A stretch of DNA of 64,000 nucleotides from Phycisphaeraceae bacterium (GTDB lineage Bacteria > Planctomycetota > Phycisphaerae > Phycisphaerales > Phycisphaeraceae), in assembly GCA_963674705.1 (NCBI GenBank), contig OY771506.1, positions 1,024,001 to 1,088,000 on the forward strand, read 5' to 3'. A model generated the notes under the pieces. The model was not told the DNA's origin and searched no databases. It saw only the letters and a program-made list of their open reading frames with translations. Positions within the stretch are counted from its first letter, which is position 1. Every line of letters begins with the position of its first letter. Below are positions 38,535 to 48,260 of this stretch, piece after piece. The position numbers and the translations under genes are program-made.

Positions 38535-38665
38535 TCATGCTCCTGTAGTCAAACGTCTTAATCGCCTGAATATTGCCATTATCATCATCTACAGCGTCAC
38601 ACCAACACATTTTACGTTCTACTCGGCTCGCTATCCGGGTCGGATTGGCCGATACTGGCAGGTCT

Positions 38666-39553
38666 ATGGTTGATTTGATGAATACACAAGAACCGGACTT
38701 ACGCGACGCAGACGAGGTCGCGGAGGTCTTTCGACAGGGCGAACAGGCTAACCTCGAAACCCCCAACCGGGCCGGGTCCGTTGTAGATCTGCCGGATTCC
38801 GGTCGGCTGCTGATGACCGGCGATTTGCACGATAACGCCCAGAACTATCAGCGGTTGCTGAAGTTGGCCCAACTGGACGCGTCGCCGGATAACCGGCTGA
38901 TCCTGCACGAAGTGATCCACGGGCCGGACCTGGTCAACGGGCTGGACCTGTCGGTGCGGATGTTGGCCCGTGTTGCGGCACTGAAGGTCCGTTATCCCGA
39001 GCAGGTCTACATCCTGCAGTCCAACCACGAGTTGGCGCAATTCCGGAGCGAAGGCATCCTCAAAGAAGGTAGGGATACCGTGGAAAGCTTCGATGAGGGG
39101 ATCGACTTTCTTTACGCGGATAAAGCCGACGACGTGCGTGAAGCGATGAACGGTTATATCCGAAGTCTGCTGCTTGCGGTGCGATGTGCCAACGGTCTGT
39201 TCGCCAGCCACAGCCTGCCATCCAACAGCCGGATGAAGCGTTTTGATCCGACGGTGATTGATCGCGAACCGACGGCAGAAGACCTGTCGGAAAAGGGTGA
39301 TGTGTATCACATGGTCTGGGGGCGAAGCCAACGCCAAGCGACCGCGGACGTGCTTGCAGAGGCGTGGGGATGCAAGCAGTTTCTGATGGGCCATCAGCCG
39401 GCGGATATGGGATACGAACCGGTCGAAGACACGATGCTTGTTCTGGCATCCGACCACAGCCATGGCGTCGCGCTGCCTTTGGACCTGTCACGCACGTACG
39501 ACCAGGAACAACTGATCGGTGAGATCGTACCGCTGGCGTCGGTGATGCTTTAG
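38666..39553 (+). CDS. Calcineurin-like metallophosphoesterase
   Basis: TGDLHD, HEVIHG, SNHE, SHS, GHQ motifs. Confidence 0.82.
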   Translation: MVDLMNTQEPDLRDADEVAEVFRQGEQANLETPNRAGSVVDLPDSGRLLMTGDLHDNAQNYQRLLKLAQLDASPDNRLILHEVIHGPDLVNGLDLSVRMLARVAALKVRYPEQVYILQSNHELAQFRSEGILKEGRDTVESFDEGIDFLYADKADDVREAMNGYIRSLLLAVRCANGLFASHSLPSNSRMKRFDPTVIDREPTAEDLSEKGDVYHMVWGRSQRQATADVLAEAWGCKQFLMGHQPADMGYEPVEDTMLVLASDHSHGVALPLDLSRTYDQEQLIGEIVPLASVML

Positions 39554-39584
39554 GCGTCGTGTCTAGGCTTGTAGATAAATACCT

Positions 39585-40640
39585 CTATCCAATCACAGCA
39601 CGGACCCGCTCGGTATTCACGGGTCGGATGACGCCGCGCTCGGTAATGATGGCGGTGATCAACTCGGCAGGCGTGACATCGAATGCGGGGCTGTATGTTT
39701 TGACGCTTGGCGGCGCAGTGCGTTTACCGAAGCCTTCGGTGATTTCTTCACTGGCGCGTTGCTCGATGGGGATGGCGTTTCCGTCGGGGATGGCCATATC
39801 GAAGGTTGAGCTGGGGGCCGCGACGAGGAACGGCACGTTGTGATGCTTGGCCGATATCGCCAACGGGTAGGTGCCGATCTTGTTCGCTGCGTCGCCGTTG
39901 CTTGCGATGCGGTCTGCGCCGGTGATGACAACATCGACTTTACCTTCACGCAAGACCTGGCCGGCCATGTTGTCGCAAATGAGCGTGACGTCGATACCCG
40001 CGGCATCGAGTTCAAACGCGGTCAACCGTGCGCCTTGTAATAGCGGTCGTGTTTCGTCGGCAAACACACGGATGGGCTCGCCCTGCTGATGCGCAAGATA
40101 CATAGGTGATGTAGCGGTGCCGATCCCGCCGGTGGCTAAAGCGCCGGCGTTGCAGTGGGTGAGGAAGGTTAGGGGCTTGAGACTTGAGGCTTGGGGCTTG
40201 AGGGTTTGAATGATGTTGAGCGCATGTTGGCCGATCAGTTGGCACATCTTTGCGTCTTCGGTGTGGATGGTTTTGGCTTCAGCGAGTAGCGATTGGGGCG
40301 TGCCCGGCTGGACCTTTTTCATCCGATCGATCGCCCAGAAGAGATTGACGGCGGTTGGCCGGCTCGTTGCAAGGTGGTCTGCGGCTTGCTCGAATTGATC
40401 CGACTGAGCGCCGATCACACAGCCGAAAGCAGCGGCGACACCGATCGCGGGCGCGCCGCGCACGCTTAAGCGTTTGATCGCATCCCATACCGATTGCACA
40501 TTTCGACATTCAAGATAAACCACTTCACCCGGCAGCTTGGTCTGATCGAGCAGGCGGAGATGGCCGGTCTGGGCATCACCGATCCATTCGATGTTGCGCG
40601 GGCCGGGGATGGGGACGATTTGCGAGTTATTTTCGGTCAT
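39585..40640 (-). CDS. mtnA: S-methyl-5-thioribose-1-phosphate isomerase
   Basis: LLDQT.LP, VRGAPAIG, SRPTAVNL, LTHCNAGALA, DETRP.LQGARLT, GADRI, ANKIGT, FDVTP. Confidence 0.95.
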   Translation of the reverse strand: MTENNSQIVPIPGPRNIEWIGDAQTGHLRLLDQTKLPGEVVYLECRNVQSVWDAIKRLSVRGAPAIGVAAAFGCVIGAQSDQFEQAADHLATSRPTAVNLFWAIDRMKKVQPGTPQSLLAEAKTIHTEDAKMCQLIGQHALNIIQTLKPQASSLKPLTFLTHCNAGALATGGIGTATSPMYLAHQQGEPIRVFADETRPLLQGARLTAFELDAAGIDVTLICDNMAGQVLREGKVDVVITGADRIASNGDAANKIGTYPLAISAKHHNVPFLVAAPSSTFDMAIPDGNAIPIEQRASEEITEGFGKRTAPPSVKTYSPAFDVTPAELITAIITERGVIRPVNTERVRAVIG

Positions 40641-40644
40641 GTAT

Positions 40645-41529
40645 TTATCCGGTTTGAGCTTTGTTGTACGCCAGCGCCATGATGATATTCAGGGCGTTGA
40701 AGCCCATGTGAACAAGGATGCTCGGCAGGAGGCTGCCGGAACGTTCGTAGAGCCAGCCGAGGGATATTCCAAGCACGAGCAGGCCGGGCAAGGCTTGCCA
40801 GTTTTCCCAGGTCTCAAAGTTCACGTGCATGAATGTGAAGAGAAGCGATGCCACGATGACAACTGTCCAACGTCTGCTCTCGCCGAGTGTTTCGACCATG
40901 ACGGATTGAAAGATGCCACGGAAGACCCCCTCTTCGAGGATCGGTGCCACGATCACCGCAGAAAACACGATCAATACGGTGCCAAGCAGTGAATCGGAAT
41001 CGACCAGCATTTTGAGCATGTTGTGCGCGAGGACCGGTGGCTGCTGGCCGAAGAATTGGCCGATCAGCACGGTTATCTGGATCGCAGCCATGACGATTGG
41101 AACCACAGCGAAGAAACCGAGCGCCCCCCAACGCACATCCCGCAATGGTTTGGTGGGGATCACGCCGATCTTACGCCAACCATTCTCCGCAAAGCTGCTA
41201 CGCCAGATCAGGTATAGCACGGGGACCAACTGCCCGCTCGCCTGGGCCAGCAGCGCCCTGCCGGCATAGGACAGTGTGTCGATCTGCTGCGGATCGCCGG
41301 CCTCGGTCTGTCCTTCTGAGAATTGGCCAACCAGGATCGCTACCAGGTTCGGAACCACCATCATCAGCCCCAGCGCGATCAGCAGATCGAAGGGTAAAAG
41401 ACCAACCTTTCGGGATGGCCCTTCATCCAACGCCCGGGGGCTGAGAAACCCCTTGACGATGAGCAGCACGAACAGCCCCACGCCGGCGGCCAACATAATC
41501 GGAGGTAGCAGGACGTTTAGGGACGGCAT
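40645..41529 (-). CDS. CPBP (Abi/CAAX) family intramembrane glutamic endopeptidase
   Basis: APILEEGVFRG, F..MH, YERSGSL...ILVH..FN. Confidence 0.88.
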   Translation of the reverse strand: MPSLNVLLPPIMLAAGVGLFVLLIVKGFLSPRALDEGPSRKVGLLPFDLLIALGLMMVVPNLVAILVGQFSEGQTEAGDPQQIDTLSYAGRALLAQASGQLVPVLYLIWRSSFAENGWRKIGVIPTKPLRDVRWGALGFFAVVPIVMAAIQITVLIGQFFGQQPPVLAHNMLKMLVDSDSLLGTVLIVFSAVIVAPILEEGVFRGIFQSVMVETLGESRRWTVVIVASLLFTFMHVNFETWENWQALPGLLVLGISLGWLYERSGSLLPSILVHMGFNALNIIMALAYNKAQTG

Positions 41530-41701
41530 CGGGCTTTGTCTAACTCTCTCTATGAAGCGGGGTTTGGTACGTTCGTATCGGCCAGGCACCTGTTCTCAGC
41601 AGGAAAAACACACAATACTCAATTAGTGGGATTGCTACGAACCGTTTAGGTCCCTAAGCTAAGGGATTCGCTAGGTTTTTTGTAGCCGCACGGGTTGATT
41701 T

Positions 41702-44700
41702 ATGTCTATCACAACATCCTGGTCGCCTTTTTTTCAGTCAAATGTGAGGATGCGCGGCCGGGCATACCAATTGGGCGGGAGGGTCGAACGGATCGAGCCG
41801 GAGGCGGACGAACTGATCCGGGCCGAGGTCCGCGGGCGAGAGACGTATATCGTGACCATTGCGCGCGAAGACCGTGCCGCGATTGCGGAATGCACCTGCC
41901 CGGCGTTCGAGAAAGGCGCATACTGCAAGCATATCTGGGCTACCCTGCTGGACCTCCAGCACAAGCCGGACGGCCCGGGCATTTCCCCGCAAGAACTGGC
42001 GAAGCTGCGCGTTCGCGCTCCCAAAGCACGCAAGCGCGACCTGAGCAAGCCCAAAGCCCGTCAGGGCGAACCGACATGGATCGGCCGGCTGAGCCTGATG
42101 CGTCCGCCGGGCTTCGACAGCAGCCAGGCTGAGCATGTCTTCCCGGATCAACGACAGATATGCTACGCCATCCTCCCGACCATCAGCACGCGCCAGGGCG
42201 GGCTCGTGGTCGATCTGCGTCAACGCACACCAACCGTCGGCGGATGGAGCAAACCCAAAGCGATGCGCTTGTCGACCGGCGGAGTTGCGTCGCTGACGGA
42301 TCCGGTCGATCGCGAATTGTGTGCATTGCTGCTGGGTTCGGATACCGTACATGATCATGACTCCAGTGAGTCCTACCGTGCCTCGCGAGGGCATGCGACG
42401 TTCCGTGTTCAGGCAGGTGCTTGGCGGGCCATGCTTAAGCGCATGATCGACACCGGCCGATGCTTTCTGGAATCCGATGACACCGAAGCACGATCGAGAC
42501 AGGCCCCGCTTGTTTGGGACGGCGATGAGCCCTGGGTTTTGTGGATGAAGGGCAAGATCGACAGCGAGTACCTGATCGTCGACGTTGAGTTGAGGCGAGG
42601 TGAGCAACGTATGGCCATCGAGACACCTGCACTGGTGCTTGGTGGCTGGGATGGGCTGGTGATTTATCAAGGTAAGGTTGCGCCGCTGGACGATCGTGAT
42701 GCATTCCGCTGGGCAAGTCAATTCCGCGATGCGACGAAGCGCGGCCGGGAAGCCCCTTCACCGTTGCGTGTGCCGAAGAAGGACGTAACGAATTTTCTGG
42801 ACCGGCTGTATCTGTTGCCCCAGTTGCCGGAGATCGACTTGCCGGAGGGTGTGGCCAGAGAAGAACAGCGGATCAAACCAGTCTGTTGCCTGGACCTGCA
42901 TCGTTCCGGAGTCGGGGGCAGCGCGGGCAAGAATCAATTGACTGCTCGTGTCTGGTTCGATTATGCGGGACAGCGCGTAAATCCGATCCAGCCGGGCCGA
43001 TTCGTGCCGGTCATGCCCGTTACCGAGACGGAACATACCGAGCCGGCTTTGCCGACACACGTGTCCGAGACTTCTGAGCAAGAAAGCACCGAAAAAGCGG
43101 AAGCATCGGATGTGTCCACGGCCGTGCAGGAACGGGAAGATACCTCCAACAAGCCGATCCGAAGAGATCATGTAACCGAGCGCCGCGCGCTTGGGCAATT
43201 GATGTCGTTGGGCTTACGTCAAACCAACGGTGATGCAGATGAATTAGCGGTGCCAACAAAGCGCATGGTTGAGGTGGTGCATGTGTTGTTGTCGACCGGC
43301 TGGATAGTCAACGCAGACAAACGTGTGGTTCGTCAGGCGAGTGCGCCGCGGTTGTCAGTCAGTTCCGGGATTGATTGGTTTGAGTTGCATGGTTCGGTTG
43401 CTTACCAACGCGCTGACGGCACGGAGCAACGCGTTGCGTTGCCTGAAATATTGAAGATGGCCCGGGCCGGGCAGGACATGGTCACGCTTGATGACGGCAC
43501 GCAGGGCCTGCTGCCACAGCAATGGCTTGCAGAGCACGGATTGCTGACCGGGCTGGGTAAGTTGCAGGACGATCATCTGCGCTACAAGAACAGCCAGGTC
43601 GCATTGCTCGATGCGCTGCTGCGTGAACATGAAGAAGTCGAGATCGACGATCCATTCCGCAAGGCGCGTGAACGGTTGCACCAGTTCGACGGGATCAAGC
43701 CACTCAGCGCCAGCGAAAGTTTTCACGGCAAGCTGCGCCCATATCAGGAAGAAGGTTTAGGCTGGCTCTCGTTCCTGCGGTGGTTCGGTGTCGGCGGTGT
43801 ACTGGCGGATGACATGGGTCTGGGTAAGACGATCCAGGTCCTGGCGATGCTGCACAACCGCAAGCTTGCCGCGGAAAAAGCCAAGACAGAGGGTACCACC
43901 CCACAAGATGTGCATCATGATGCGCTGCCGCATCGACCGACACTGGTTGTAGCACCGCGGTCTGTGGTGTTTAACTGGCTGGACGAGACGGAGCACTTCG
44001 CACCAGAATTAAAGGTACTTGCTTACAGCGGCGCGGAGCGCGAGGCGATGCGGGCCGACTTCGACGATCATGACCTGATCGTGACAAGTTACGGTCTGAT
44101 GCGTCGTGATATTGAACAACTCAAGGAACACGAGTTCGACTACGTCGTGTTAGACGAGGCACAGGCGATCAAGAATCCCGCTTCACAATCCGCCAAGGCG
44201 GCGCGGTTGCTCTCGGCACGCCATCGACTGGCACTAACCGGCACGCCGATCGAAAACCATCTGGGTGATCTCTGGAGTATTTTCGAGTTCCTCAACCCGG
44301 GCATGCTCGGTTCGAACAAGCGGTTCAACGACATGATCCGTGCGGGCACAACCGCGAGTAAGAGTGTCACGCAGGAAAACGGCGCACCCGAGGACAACGA
44401 AGACGGACCGGTGGAAGACACGTCAAAGATGATGGTCTTGTCGCAGATCGCCCAGGCGCTTCGGCCGTTCGTCATGCGGCGAGCCAAGAGCCAGGTGCTC
44501 AAAGACCTGCCAAAGAAAACCGAGCAGACGATTGTCTGCCAGATGGAGCCGGCGCAGCGGAAGGTGTACGACGAGTTGCGGGCGTACTACCACGACCAAC
44601 TGCTTACCCAACTCGATGCGCCGGGCGACAAGGGTCCATCCGGACCGGGTATCGGCGGCAAACCCGCATTCATGGTGCTCGAAGCGCTATTGCGCCTGCG

Positions 44701-45259
44701 CCAAGCCGCGTGCCACCCCGGCCTGATCGATCCGAAACGAAACAACGAACCCAGCGCCAAGCTCGATTCGTTGCTGGATCGCATCGCTGATGTGATTGAT
44801 GAAGGCAGCAAGGCTCTGATCTTCAGCCAGTTCACCTCCATGTTGTCACTGGTTAAACCCAAGCTCGATGAGCGAGGCATCAAGTATTGCTATCTCGATG
44901 GCCAGACGCGCCACCGCCGCGAGGTCGTCAAGCAGTTCCAGGAAGATGGTGATTTCCCGCTGTTCCTGATCAGTCTCAAGGCGGGTGGTTTCGGCCTGAA
45001 CCTGACGGCAGCCGAGTACGTGTTCATCCTCGACCCGTGGTGGAATCCGGCCGTGGAAGCACAGGCGATCGACCGGACACACCGTATCGGCCAGACCAAG
45101 CCCGTGTTCGCCTACCGCATGGTCTGCCAGGATACCGTCGAACAACGCATCATCGACCTGCAAAACCGCAAGCGCAAACTCGCCGAGGCGATCGTGGGCG
45201 GCGATGACAGCCTGTTGCGTAGCCTCAGCCGGGAGGACCTAGAGAATCTGTTGAGTTAG
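41702..45259 (+). CDS. SWIM zinc finger SNF2-family helicase/ATPase
   Basis: CTC...CKH SWIM; LRPYQ, LADDMGLGKT, DEAQ, LTGTPIEN, FSQF, SLKAGG.GLNL, DPWWNP, QAIDRTHRIGQ. Confidence 0.95.
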   Translation: MSITTSWSPFFQSNVRMRGRAYQLGGRVERIEPEADELIRAEVRGRETYIVTIAREDRAAIAECTCPAFEKGAYCKHIWATLLDLQHKPDGPGISPQELAKLRVRAPKARKRDLSKPKARQGEPTWIGRLSLMRPPGFDSSQAEHVFPDQRQICYAILPTISTRQGGLVVDLRQRTPTVGGWSKPKAMRLSTGGVASLTDPVDRELCALLLGSDTVHDHDSSESYRASRGHATFRVQAGAWRAMLKRMIDTGRCFLESDDTEARSRQAPLVWDGDEPWVLWMKGKIDSEYLIVDVELRRGEQRMAIETPALVLGGWDGLVIYQGKVAPLDDRDAFRWASQFRDATKRGREAPSPLRVPKKDVTNFLDRLYLLPQLPEIDLPEGVAREEQRIKPVCCLDLHRSGVGGSAGKNQLTARVWFDYAGQRVNPIQPGRFVPVMPVTETEHTEPALPTHVSETSEQESTEKAEASDVSTAVQEREDTSNKPIRRDHVTERRALGQLMSLGLRQTNGDADELAVPTKRMVEVVHVLLSTGWIVNADKRVVRQASAPRLSVSSGIDWFELHGSVAYQRADGTEQRVALPEILKMARAGQDMVTLDDGTQGLLPQQWLAEHGLLTGLGKLQDDHLRYKNSQVALLDALLREHEEVEIDDPFRKARERLHQFDGIKPLSASESFHGKLRPYQEEGLGWLSFLRWFGVGGVLADDMGLGKTIQVLAMLHNRKLAAEKAKTEGTTPQDVHHDALPHRPTLVVAPRSVVFNWLDETEHFAPELKVLAYSGAEREAMRADFDDHDLIVTSYGLMRRDIEQLKEHEFDYVVLDEAQAIKNPASQSAKAARLLSARHRLALTGTPIENHLGDLWSIFEFLNPGMLGSNKRFNDMIRAGTTASKSVTQENGAPEDNEDGPVEDTSKMMVLSQIAQALRPFVMRRAKSQVLKDLPKKTEQTIVCQMEPAQRKVYDELRAYYHDQLLTQLDAPGDKGPSGPGIGGKPAFMVLEALLRLRQAACHPGLIDPKRNNEPSAKLDSLLDRIADVIDEGSKALIFSQFTSMLSLVKPKLDERGIKYCYLDGQTRHRREVVKQFQEDGDFPLFLISLKAGGFGLNLTAAEYVFILDPWWNPAVEAQAIDRTHRIGQTKPVFAYRMVCQDTVEQRIIDLQNRKRKLAEAIVGGDDSLLRSLSREDLENLLS

Positions 45260-45327
45260 AGATGCCTAAGCGGCATCGATGTCGCGACAAGTCGCGCCGC
45301 TAAACGGGTTATGTGGTGCTCGTTGTG

Positions 45328-45894
45328 TTACGGACCGTCCAAGGCATCAACATCAATCTCGTCAGGGAGTGCCCCCCGTAGGTCTTCTTCCTTCAAGCGA
45401 TCGGTATGACCGTCGGCATAAAGAACTCCACGATCTTTCTGATCTTCAGATACCAAGGCGGTGTAAGCGAGTATCAACGTGGATGGGTCAGAGATATCTT
45501 CATAGTTCAGTCCGAGATTAATAAAGACATATCCTCCATATCTAACCGCGTTCCCATCAGCATCACCCCTATCGATTATCGCTTGCTCATCTAGATATGG
45601 GCCTAAAAACACCTCATTGATTGTGTCGGAATCGCCAAGATAGTGAGCCGCGGCACGGGGATGCCCTGGAAAAAAATCTTCGTTATCAACGCAATATTCT
45701 GTAAAAGCCACTCCTATCTGACGCAGATATGACTGATTCAAAGCCGCTAAGGCCACATGTCTAGGATGCCCCCCAGAGGGGGTAAGAAAGTAAATGAGTA
45801 TTGCGATTAAAGCAATAACGACAATAAATTCATTTATTGTCATGCCGCGATGACGATTAAGAATCTGAAAATCACATTGCATCGCAAGCTCCAA
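45328..45894 (-). CDS. Prepilin-type N-terminal / H-X9-DG (DUF1559-like) protein; start uncertain
   Basis: RG|MTINEFIVVIALIAIL class III signal-like segment; LRQIG; VLYADGH. Confidence 0.72.
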   Translation of the reverse strand: MELAMQCDFQILNRHRGMTINEFIVVIALIAILIYFLTPSGGHPRHVALAALNQSYLRQIGVAFTEYCVDNEDFFPGHPRAAAHYLGDSDTINEVFLGPYLDEQAIIDRGDADGNAVRYGGYVFINLGLNYEDISDPSTLILAYTALVSEDQKDRGVLYADGHTDRLKEEDLRGALPDEIDVDALDGP

Positions 45895-45936
45895 TCATCA
45901 CGTGGCCGTCAGTGGTCCGCACCACAACCAATTCGA

Positions 45937-46671
45937 TTACGGTCCATCCATAGCATCGATATCCACTTCTAGTGGGAGGAAGTCGGGCAGATCGTCTTCC
46001 GATATAAGTTCGGCGTGGCCGTCAACAAAGAGTACGGCTCTGCGGCGCTGGCTATCGGTAGTCTTCGCGGTGTAGGCCAATACGGTTTGCGAGGGGTATT
46101 CGATATCCTCCAACGACGTTCCTGCATTGAGAAATACGTAACTGCCGTAACGGATGGCCGGGCCGTCGAAGTCGCCTCGATCCAGTACGGTGTTCGGGTC
46201 GTGGTGCGGGCTGATGAAAACTTGTTGAGTTGTACCGCTGAGGTAAGACGATAGATCGCGAGGATGGTTTGGCAGCACATCGTTATTACTCGTGGCGTAG
46301 TACTGCATGGCGATCCCGATCTGCCGAAGGTTCGACATGTCCACTGTGTCTCTGGCCGCCATTCGAGCGGCACCGAGTGCGGGCAGAAGTATGCCGGCGA
46401 GCAGTGCGAGCATCGGCAGCAGCACAATACTCGACCCGCCCAGGATGGTGCCGGTCATGGCCATACCTTTCCCAACCAGGCGGTTGTTCGGATCGGCGAT
46501 CTGCACCAGCGCGATGATTCCAAGAATCAACGCCGTGACCCCCAGCGGTGTAATGCATAGACCGGGGATACCGAGTATGAGAGCGAGTTTTGCCAAAGCC
46601 GACGTTTTATGTGTCGGCGTCTCGTAGTCAGAACCGGGGCCGTCGTGCTCGGATTGATAACTGTTATTCAT
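45937..46671 (-). CDS. DUF4190 plus DUF1559-like domain protein
   Basis: KTSALA..LILG...LGIIAL.QI...GKGMA; LLPALGAAR..AR...SNLRQIG; VLFVDGH. Confidence 0.8.
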   Translation of the reverse strand: MNNSYQSEHDGPGSDYETPTHKTSALAKLALILGIPGLCITPLGVTALILGIIALVQIADPNNRLVGKGMAMTGTILGGSSIVLLPMLALLAGILLPALGAARMAARDTVDMSNLRQIGIAMQYYATSNNDVLPNHPRDLSSYLSGTTQQVFISPHHDPNTVLDRGDFDGPAIRYGSYVFLNAGTSLEDIEYPSQTVLAYTAKTTDSQRRRAVLFVDGHAELISEDDLPDFLPLEVDIDAMDGP

Positions 46672-46715
46672 GTGTAATGGCCATTGACGAATGATGCGAA
46701 TGTAACGGACGTCAC

Positions 46716-47594
46716 TCAATTCCCCTCATAGATCATCATCGCATCTTCGTGGCTGACCTCCTCGAAGATGTTGTCGTACTGATTGATCTGGCCGCTGCCG
46801 TATTTAGTTTCCAGTTTGTGATATTGTTCGTACGAGGCGGAGCCGTCGTTGCGGCCGACACTGCCGACCCAATCACCTGGCGTGTAGGTGTGGATACTCA
46901 TCACGTCCTGGTCGGCGCTTGAGAGGCCGGTGTTGCGGTCGGAGATGACGATGGCGTAGCCGTTCATGGTCTGGCGCCACTCCGCAGACCGACCACCGAT
47001 TTCGGGGACTTGTAGCATCGAGTAGGAGTAATTGTCCGCGGAAACCTGGCCGGTGGTCCACATGATTTTCGTTTCGGCCGGGCTGATGATGTAATCACTG
47101 CTAAAGATGTTGTTATCGAGTAACAGCCGGTATCGGTTTTCCACGCTCAAGTCGTCTGTATACCCCTGACGGTTCAGTCCGGGATAAAAATCGCGGTTGC
47201 CCGAGGCGTAGGTAACCATCCCCTGTGTGATGCCACGAAGCTGGGTGGTGTTTTTCATCTGCATGGCGGCACGCCGGGCGGCGCCGAGTGCGGGCAGGAG
47301 GATGCCCAACAGTAGAAACGTGAACGGCAGGAGCACGGTGCTGATGGCGCCGAGGATCGTGGCGGTCAGTGCCATGCCGCGTCCGGTCAGGGCACGCCTG
47401 GGGTCGGCGATCTGGGTCAGGGCAATAATCCCCAGGATCAGCGCGACGATGCCCAATAAAGGAATACACATTCCGACAAGGCCCAATATCAGCCCTGTGA
47501 CCGCCAGGGCCGAAGTTGTGGGGTTCTCCGGAGGCATATAACCATAGTTATCGTGAGTCGGATTTTGCTCGAACGGATCATTCAGATCGGACAT
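46716..47594 (-). CDS. DUF4190 plus pilin-like domain protein
   Basis: TTSALA..LILG...LGIIAL.QIADP...GRGMA; LLPALGAARRAA..MKNTTQLRGI.QG. Confidence 0.8.
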   Translation of the reverse strand: MSDLNDPFEQNPTHDNYGYMPPENPTTSALAVTGLILGLVGMCIPLLGIVALILGIIALTQIADPRRALTGRGMALTATILGAISTVLLPFTFLLLGILLPALGAARRAAMQMKNTTQLRGITQGMVTYASGNRDFYPGLNRQGYTDDLSVENRYRLLLDNNIFSSDYIISPAETKIMWTTGQVSADNYSYSMLQVPEIGGRSAEWRQTMNGYAIVISDRNTGLSSADQDVMSIHTYTPGDWVGSVGRNDGSASYEQYHKLETKYGSGQINQYDNIFEEVSHEDAMMIYEGN

Positions 47595-47862
47595 GGAAGG
47601 CCTCCGGACAAAAACACCTGATTTTCAAGAAACGCTAAAAAGATACGGAATAGGCACCTATAGCCTAACAATTGTTCTTGCAAGTTAGAAGTCTGGTGAT
47701 TATGTTTAAAGGGCTCGCAAACCGGCGGGCAGGATACACGAGAGCTGAGGAATTCAAACCATCCATTTTCAGCATTAGTCAGACTCCGCCAGCGCGGCAA
47801 CTGCCCGAGGGCTCCGCTGGGGATATCACACTATCGGGCTTGGAAAAGTATTGGGGCTGACC

Positions 47863-48174
47863 GTGATTAACATTTATGTGGGGAACCTCCCCTTCTCGAC
47901 GACCGACACAGAATTGGAAGACCTGTTTTCGCAATTTGGCTCGATCAGCCGTGCAGCGGTGATCACCGACCGTGAAACGGGTCGCTCGCGAGGCTTTGGC
48001 TTCGTCGAGATGGAAAACGAAGAAGAAGGCAAAAAAGCGATCGAAGAAATGAATGAAGCCGAGTTCGGCGGTCGACAGTTGACCGTCAACGAGGCGCGCC
48101 CACGTGCCCCGCGTCCCAGTGGTGGTGGTGGCGGTGGCTACGGCGGAGGTGGGTACACCAACCGCAAAGGCTGA
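47863..48174 (+). CDS. RRM RNA-binding protein with Gly-rich tail
   Basis: RNP2 IYVGNL, RNP1 RGFGFVEM, LTVNEARPR; GTG start. Confidence 0.93.
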   Translation: MINIYVGNLPFSTTDTELEDLFSQFGSISRAAVITDRETGRSRGFGFVEMENEEEGKKAIEEMNEAEFGGRQLTVNEARPRAPRPSGGGGGGYGGGGYTNRKG

Positions 48175-48206
48175 ACCCGGCTCCGGGGACAGAATAATCG
48201 AATAAT

Positions 48207-48260
48207 AACGAGAATGAAGGTCCCCAATCCGGGGCACCGGGCCTTTATTCTCGTTTTTTT
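48207..48260. terminator. Long hairpin terminator between convergent genes
   Basis: AACGAGAATGAAGGTCCC ... GGGCCTTTATTCTCGTT followed by a T-run. Confidence 0.65.

Noticed and set aside
41738..42721. 327-aa antisense ORF and similar long shadow ORFs (e.g. 34110-34889, 38699-39463, 28766-29545)
   Set aside because: Mostly opposite well-supported genes and without motifs; expected in GC-rich DNA
41702..45259. SNF2 helicase as part of a defence island
   Set aside because: Stand-alone SWIM-SNF2 with no methylase, nuclease or other defence genes adjacent
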